Positions 27,385 through 32,000 of a stretch of DNA of 32,000 bases are shown here, piece by piece. The notes under the pieces were generated by a model. That model was not told where the DNA came from, searched no databases, and saw only the letters and a list, made by a program, of their open reading frames with translations. The DNA is from Ferroglobus placidus DSM 10642 (GTDB lineage Archaea > Halobacteriota > Archaeoglobi > Archaeoglobales > Archaeoglobaceae). The first letter of the stretch is position 1; the number at the start of each line of letters is the position of its first letter. The stretch is taken from assembly GCF_000025505.1 (NCBI RefSeq), contig NC_013849.1, forward strand, positions 510,001 through 542,000, written 5' to 3'. The position numbers and the translations under genes were made by a program.

Positions 27385-28302
27385 ATGGAATTCGACTTCC
27401 CACCCTTCAGACCTCCGAGCGAAGCGGGAAGTTATCTGATAAGGGTCGTTAGGGGATGCTACTGGAATAGGTGTGCGTTCTGCGGAATGTATAAAGACGT
27501 TAAGTTTTGCATCCGAAAAAAAGAGGAAATCTTGAGGGATATAGACAACCTGCCGAAGTACTTTCCACGATCTAAAACGGCTTTTTTGGCAGATTCCGAT
27601 CCCCTCGTACATAAGGATATAGTTGAGATTGTGAAGTACTTGAACGAAAAATACGAGCTCGAAAGAATAACGAGTTACACGAGGATAAAAACAATTTGCA
27701 GAATGCCCGAGGAAAAGCTGGAGGAGCTAAAAGAAGCTGGATTAAAAAGAATCCACGTAGGTCTTGAAAGCGGAGATAGAGAAGTTCTCGAACTCATACA
27801 AAAAGGAATAATTCCGGAAGAAGCTGTTAAGGCTGGAAGAAAGGCGAGAAAATATTTTGAAGTGACTTACTACGTCATAACTGGATTGGGGGGAGTTGAG
27901 AGGAGCGAAAAACACGCGAAGAATACTGCTAAAGTTATAAACGATGCGAAACCGACATTTGTTAGGGTGAGAAATCTAACAGTTCTACCAAACGCTCCGA
28001 TTTCGAAGATGATCGGCAAGGAAATAACTTTGCTAAACGCGAAGCAGCAGCTCGAAGAGCTTAGGTCGTTAATCGAAAACATAAATTCCGAAACTTACCT
28101 AACTTGCGACCACGTCTCGAACTACTTATTCTCAAAAAACGGTCCGATATTTTTCGGCGTTTCCGGCTTTCTGCCAGATGAAAAGGACGAGATGCTCGAA
28201 GAAATCGATTTGGCTATTAAAAACGTGGAACTGATGGAAAAAAGCGGGGAAAAAGTTCTGACGAGCAACGACATGTACAAGCTCGGTTTGATCACCTTGT
28301 AA
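27385..28302 (+). CDS. Radical SAM protein with a noncanonical CX4CX2C cluster motif
   Basis: YLIRVVRGCYWNRCAFCGMYKDVKF; TSYTRIKTICRMPEEKLEELKEAGLKRIHVGLESGDREVLELIQKG; YYVITGLGG. Confidence 0.88.
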   Translation: MEFDFPPFRPPSEAGSYLIRVVRGCYWNRCAFCGMYKDVKFCIRKKEEILRDIDNLPKYFPRSKTAFLADSDPLVHKDIVEIVKYLNEKYELERITSYTRIKTICRMPEEKLEELKEAGLKRIHVGLESGDREVLELIQKGIIPEEAVKAGRKARKYFEVTYYVITGLGGVERSEKHAKNTAKVINDAKPTFVRVRNLTVLPNAPISKMIGKEITLLNAKQQLEELRSLIENINSETYLTCDHVSNYLFSKNGPIFFGVSGFLPDEKDEMLEEIDLAIKNVELMEKSGEKVLTSNDMYKLGLITL

Positions 28303-29782
28303 TTTCGATCTGCTGGAGAATGTACTCTTCAACACTCTTGCTCACTCTATCGACAACCCAATCGATAAACTTCTTCATGAATATTTTACTCGCAAAAGGC
28401 AAACCCTCGAAGTAATCTTTAGCCAGCGGTTTTAACCATTTCATGTTGTGCCTCCAGCAAGTTAGCATTAGCTCCCAGTGGTAGCTTTTCATCTTACGAA
28501 CTGAAAACCTACTCTCTTCTCCAAGCTCGTTTGCTGGGACGAAGAAGAGCGGGACGATCAAGCTCTTGTATTCATTCAGATCTTCAACGAGCTCGATTGT
28601 CTTAATTATGTCTTCCTCCCTCTCATCCGGGAATCCGACTATTAATGTTGCGCAAGGCACCCAGTGAGCGTCGCTGCATATCTGGAAAGCCTGAATAACG
28701 ACATCTCTCCACTCGCTTGCCGAAAACGGCTTTGCTTTTCCGGGCATGTACTTCTCAATAAGTCTCGGGCTTCCGGTTTCAATTCCAGTTTGCCCAGCGA
28801 GCCATTTCTGCTCTTTATTCGGCAGCTCTAAGATTTCTGAGATCTCTTCTACAACATCCGGAGCGGAAGCGACGGAGGATAAAGCAAAGTGGCTTATTCC
28901 GACTTTCCCGACTATCCTGTGAACCTCTCTGAAGAGCCTTAAAACTTCCTCCTTGTTTATTGTGAAGCCCTTCGCTTTGTATCTGAGAACGTCCTCAGCA
29001 TGCAGCGTAACGATATCCTTGTCTCTCGCGGTTACTCTCGCCTCCTCCAAGATGTCTTCGAGCGGTCTCGATCTGAGTCTTCTCATTGTAGGTATGCAGA
29101 ACTTACATCCTCTTCCGCACCCTCTTGCGATCTCCACTATGCCACCGATTGCGGCTCTTCTTATCTTCGGAATTTCGTCTTCAGGCACAGCGACTCCGTA
29201 AACAACTTCCGGCACATCTTCTCCTTCGATAATCTTCCTGAAAAGCTCGGGAACGACTTTTTCTCCTTCCCCTATCACGACAACATCTATGCCGTACTTT
29301 CTTCTTATCCTCTCCTCTTCAAGCTGCCAGGCTCCAGCTCCTCCAACGACAACTTTTACGTCGAACCTTCTTAGCTTTCTCATCAGTTCTTCGAACTTCA
29401 CCCTGTTGTAGGAGGGTTGATTTACGAAGCCCGTTTCTCCGGAGAAAGTAGATGATGCCGGTCCAAGTCCGAGGGGATCGTTAGTTGTCACTCCTACGAT
29501 TTTCGTCTCTTTAGTAATGTGCTTCTCTATTTTGTCTGGATTTACCACTTTCACCTCATCCTCCGAAAATCCGTTCTCAAGTAGTGCCGCTTCGATCTTC
29601 CTCGTTCCGTAGGGGGCGAGCTTCGCTCTGCCATTTTCTTCTTTAACTGGAGGAGCGATGAGTCTGAAAAATAACCTCTGGGGGATCATGCTCGTTGGAC
29701 CAGTGCTCATGAAACCGAGGAATAGTGCTCCGTTGTAGTCGCTCATCAATGATCTTTCGGCGGTGAGAATAACCTTGGACAT
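28292..29782 (-). CDS. Radical SAM protein with an N-terminal B12-binding-like domain
   Basis: N-terminal VVVGGAGAWQLEEERIRRKYGIDVVVIGEGEKVVPELFRKI; radical SAM ARGCGRGCKFCIP; LAGQTGIETGSPRLIEKYMPGK; TLIVGFPDEREED. Confidence 0.87.
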   Translation of the reverse strand: MSKVILTAERSLMSDYNGALFLGFMSTGPTSMIPQRLFFRLIAPPVKEENGRAKLAPYGTRKIEAALLENGFSEDEVKVVNPDKIEKHITKETKIVGVTTNDPLGLGPASSTFSGETGFVNQPSYNRVKFEELMRKLRRFDVKVVVGGAGAWQLEEERIRRKYGIDVVVIGEGEKVVPELFRKIIEGEDVPEVVYGVAVPEDEIPKIRRAAIGGIVEIARGCGRGCKFCIPTMRRLRSRPLEDILEEARVTARDKDIVTLHAEDVLRYKAKGFTINKEEVLRLFREVHRIVGKVGISHFALSSVASAPDVVEEISEILELPNKEQKWLAGQTGIETGSPRLIEKYMPGKAKPFSASEWRDVVIQAFQICSDAHWVPCATLIVGFPDEREEDIIKTIELVEDLNEYKSLIVPLFFVPANELGEESRFSVRKMKSYHWELMLTCWRHNMKWLKPLAKDYFEGLPFASKIFMKKFIDWVVDRVSKSVEEYILQQIEITR

Positions 29783-29926
29783 GGTTATATTTTTGTAAGT
29801 TACTGAAGATAAACGTTTCCCGGAAAGAGTGTCGTTGCTAACTGAAATTTTCGCAGAAAAAAGTGTTCTTATGAGTGTTTATGGGTTTTAAGGATCGTTA
29901 AGCGGACAAAATTAATACGGAACACT

Positions 29927-30061
29927 TTACGACCTTTTTCTAATCTCAACTCTGCACACCACACAAAGTCCGTGGTGGAAGTGACACCTTTCGCAAATCT
30001 TCTTACTACATCTTCTGCAAACTCTTGTAGCAACTCTTTTTTTGCAAATCTGACAGATCAT
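29927..30061 (-). CDS. 44-aa Cys/His-rich (four CxxC) small protein, B-box/zinc-binding-like
   Basis: Hand translation from ATG at 30061: [48 protein letters not shown] overlap with the upstream thi4-like gene; below the length cutoff of the ORF track. Confidence 0.75.
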   Translation of the reverse strand: MICQICKKRVATRVCRRCSKKICERCHFHHGLCVVCRVEIRKRS

Positions 30062-30831
30062 TTTTTGAGATCGAACATGATCTGCTCAGCCACCTTCCTT
30101 CCGCTCAGAAGCATCCCTCCGAAAATCGGTCCCATTCTCGGTAAGCCGTAGACTGCTGAAACAGCCATTCCCGCCACGTACAAACCATCCACGACTTTTC
30201 CCGTTTTTTCGACAACGAGCTTCTCAGAAAGCTCGCTGTAAGCTGATTTCTCTCCAGCCACGTATATCTCAAGCTCCGGGATTTTTCTCGCAGCGACGCT
30301 CACAACTTCGGCATCGTGTCCAGTGGCATCGACAACAGCCTTGCTCTCTATCATGAGCGGATCAACGTGAAGTCCGGCTATTTGCACCGCACTCCACTGG
30401 ACGAGAACTCCGGAAATTCTTAACGGCTCTGGGCGGTAGATTACGTCATCTACGGTAACTCCTAAAATTACTTTCGCTCCGCTGTCTATAGCTCCAGCAG
30501 AAAGCTTCGCAAGCATTTCAGCAGCGTCTATCACGTAAAGTCCATCTTCGACTTCCCTCGTTTTTATCCCGAACTCCTCTGCTATTTCCTTAGCTTCTTT
30601 CTCAACAACTATTTTGTGGAAGAGCATTCCTCCTCCGCCTATGCCTCCACCAAAGCTCAGCCTCCTTTCGAAGACGACGACGTCGAAGCCGAAGTCTGCT
30701 AAGTAATGAGCGGCAGTCAGTCCTGCGGGTCCGGCGCCGACTACGACTACGTCGGTCTCGCTTATCTCCTCCCACTCCTTCGCAGCCTCTCTTACGATCA
30801 CTCTCGTTATGTTTTTCTCGCTGAAGGGCAT
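30058..30831 (-). CDS. thi4: Thi4-family thiazole synthase (archaeal, probably sulfide-dependent)
   Basis: [50 protein letters not shown]; [28 protein letters not shown]; [29 protein letters not shown]. Confidence 0.93.
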   Translation of the reverse strand: MPFSEKNITRVIVREAAKEWEEISETDVVVVGAGPAGLTAAHYLADFGFDVVVFERRLSFGGGIGGGGMLFHKIVVEKEAKEIAEEFGIKTREVEDGLYVIDAAEMLAKLSAGAIDSGAKVILGVTVDDVIYRPEPLRISGVLVQWSAVQIAGLHVDPLMIESKAVVDATGHDAEVVSVAARKIPELEIYVAGEKSAYSELSEKLVVEKTGKVVDGLYVAGMAVSAVYGLPRMGPIFGGMLLSGRKVAEQIMFDLKK

Positions 30832-30840
30832 GTTGGGATT

Positions 30841-31434
30841 TTAGGAGATGAAGTATAAAACACTATTCGTTACGAAGTAAACTCCGAAAATTGCGAAAAT
30901 CGAAGCGGAAAAAATTTCGAGCTTCCTTTTCAGTCCAGCGTATTTGCTCAAGCGATGCGAAGCAAAAGAAACAAATCCGAGCCAACCGAAGTCGGCTGAT
31001 TCGTGAACGAGAACGAAAAGAACCAATCCGATCGACCCGAACTCGTAGGAGAGCGATATCAAAGAGAAACCTACCGTTAGCCACCACATTATGAAGTAAG
31101 GATTAAGGGCGGTGAGAATTATCCCGGTCATCGTACCCCTAACCTTTCTCTCGCTATCAGTTTTGCTCTTAAACTCTTCGTAGGAGAGGTATAACAGGAA
31201 AAGTCCTCCTACTAGAGCGATAACTGCTTTTAAGTTCTCCGTTACGTGGAAACCTGCGAAATAGAGGGAAATTATTAGAGGTATTTCCACGATCGCGTGC
31301 CCAGCCGAGATTTTAAATCCAGAAAACGGATTCTTCAATCCCTCTGATAGCGTTGCGGCAAACAGCGGACCGGGAGAGAGAACGCCGCTCAAGGATATCG
31401 TGAATACCATCGCCAAGTATAGGGGAAAATCCAT
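30841..31434 (-). CDS. LysE/RhtB-family translocator
   Basis: SGVLSPGPLFAATLSEGLKNPFSGFKISAGHAIVEIPLI; LTALNPYFIMWWLTVG; multiple hydrophobic helices. Confidence 0.87.
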   Translation of the reverse strand: MDFPLYLAMVFTISLSGVLSPGPLFAATLSEGLKNPFSGFKISAGHAIVEIPLIISLYFAGFHVTENLKAVIALVGGLFLLYLSYEEFKSKTDSERKVRGTMTGIILTALNPYFIMWWLTVGFSLISLSYEFGSIGLVLFVLVHESADFGWLGFVSFASHRLSKYAGLKRKLEIFSASIFAIFGVYFVTNSVLYFIS

Positions 31435-31484
31435 GAAATGTTGGGAAAGCTAAAACTTTAAAATCGTTTTCTTAACAATTCTTC

Positions 31485-31691
31485 ATGGACAGTCTGTTTA
31501 AAAAGAAGCTGGACAGACTTGTGGAAATAATTGAGGAGGACGACTTGCCATTCAAATCGAAGGATTTCAAGCTCGGCTTGCTTTACGGCTACTACTGGGC
31601 GTTCATAGAGCTATTCTTCTCGAGAAAGCCAAACGAGGAGGAGAAGAGGGATTTTGTGAAGTACATCGAAAATCTGAAGTTTAAAGCCTGA
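31485..31691 (+). CDS. Small hypothetical protein, 68 aa
   Basis: ORF MDSLFKKKLDRLVEIIEEDDLPFKSKDFKLGLLYGYYWAFIELFFSRKPNEEEKRDFVKYIENLKFKA, preserved between the divergent lysE-like and convergent hef genes. Confidence 0.55.
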   Translation: MDSLFKKKLDRLVEIIEEDDLPFKSKDFKLGLLYGYYWAFIELFFSRKPNEEEKRDFVKYIENLKFKA

Positions 31692-31694
31692 TTT

Positions 31695-32000
31695 CTAATT
31701 TTTAGCTTCGTCGAAGCTGTTAATTTGGTCACTTTCCTCTTCGATAAAGATTTTGTCAGCCTCGTCGTACTTTGTCGACATGAGCTTTCTTATTCTTTCC
31801 GCCGTTTTTCTTCCCACGTTTTTTACTTTCATCAACTCTTCGACGCTCGCCGTCGCTATTCTCTCTATCGTCTGAAATTCTTTGAGCAGATTCTTCGCTA
31901 TAACCGGTCCTACGTTTGAGATCGCTGAAACTATGTACTCCATCTCGTCTTTGAGCGTTCTCTTGCTCTTCCCGGAATGTAAAGCTACCGGTCTTTCCCT
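31695..32000 (-). CDS. hef: C-terminal (HhH2) end of a Hef/XPF-family nuclease; 5' part lies outside the window
   Basis: The reading frame stays open to the window edge: RERPVALHSGKSKRTLKDEMEYIVSAISNVGPVIAKNLLKEFQTIERIATASVEELMKVKNVGRKTAERIRKLMS. ERCC4 C-terminal segment followed by tandem HhH. Confidence 0.85.
   Translation of the reverse strand, partial: RERPVALHSGKSKRTLKDEMEYIVSAISNVGPVIAKNLLKEFQTIERIATASVEELMKVKNVGRKTAERIRKLMSTKYDEADKIFIEEESDQINSFDEAKN

Noticed and set aside
29783-29926. CTGA motifs considered as a C/D-box sRNA
   Set aside because: CTGA occurrences exist but no properly placed RTGATGA C box or terminal stem was found by eye on either strand.
1-32000. Search for CRISPR arrays, insertion sequences, toxin-antitoxin or restriction genes
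   Set aside because: No regularly spaced repeats, transposase motifs or known defence domains were seen; most of the window is housekeeping or metabolic. I do not claim a defence system.

Overview
This 32-kb window looks like ordinary, gene-dense euryarchaeal chromosome, most consistent with the order Archaeoglobales. The evidence is formylmethanofuran dehydrogenase fwdDBAC next to mch, a proteasome-activating nucleotidase, archaeal ribosomal proteins and aIF5B, and Hef. I count about 40 features: two intron-less tRNAs on the minus strand (Ala-GGC and a CAU-anticodon tRNA), about 36 CDSs including two partial genes at the window edges, and several small cis-element candidates. I found no CRISPR array, transposase, prophage or recognisable defence system. 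The best leads are two genes missing from the supplied ORF track. (1) A 134-aa LUD/LutC-like ORF (15812..16216, minus) has no ATG, GTG or TTG upstream of its conserved region. It appears to start at a CTG that overlaps the PAN stop codon as CTGA, behind a strong Shine-Dalgarno. (2) A 44-aa protein with four CxxC pairs (29927..30061, minus) overlaps the end of a Thi4-type thiazole synthase gene as ATGA. Secondary observations: all eight convergent gene pairs overlap or are nearly abutting; one radical SAM protein has a CX4CX2C motif; Thi4 appears to have His at the sulfur-donor Cys position; PAN ends in M-F-V; and a DNA-repair-associated radical SAM protein lacks a uracil-DNA glycosylase partner. 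All family assignments come from recognising motifs and sequence, with no database search.
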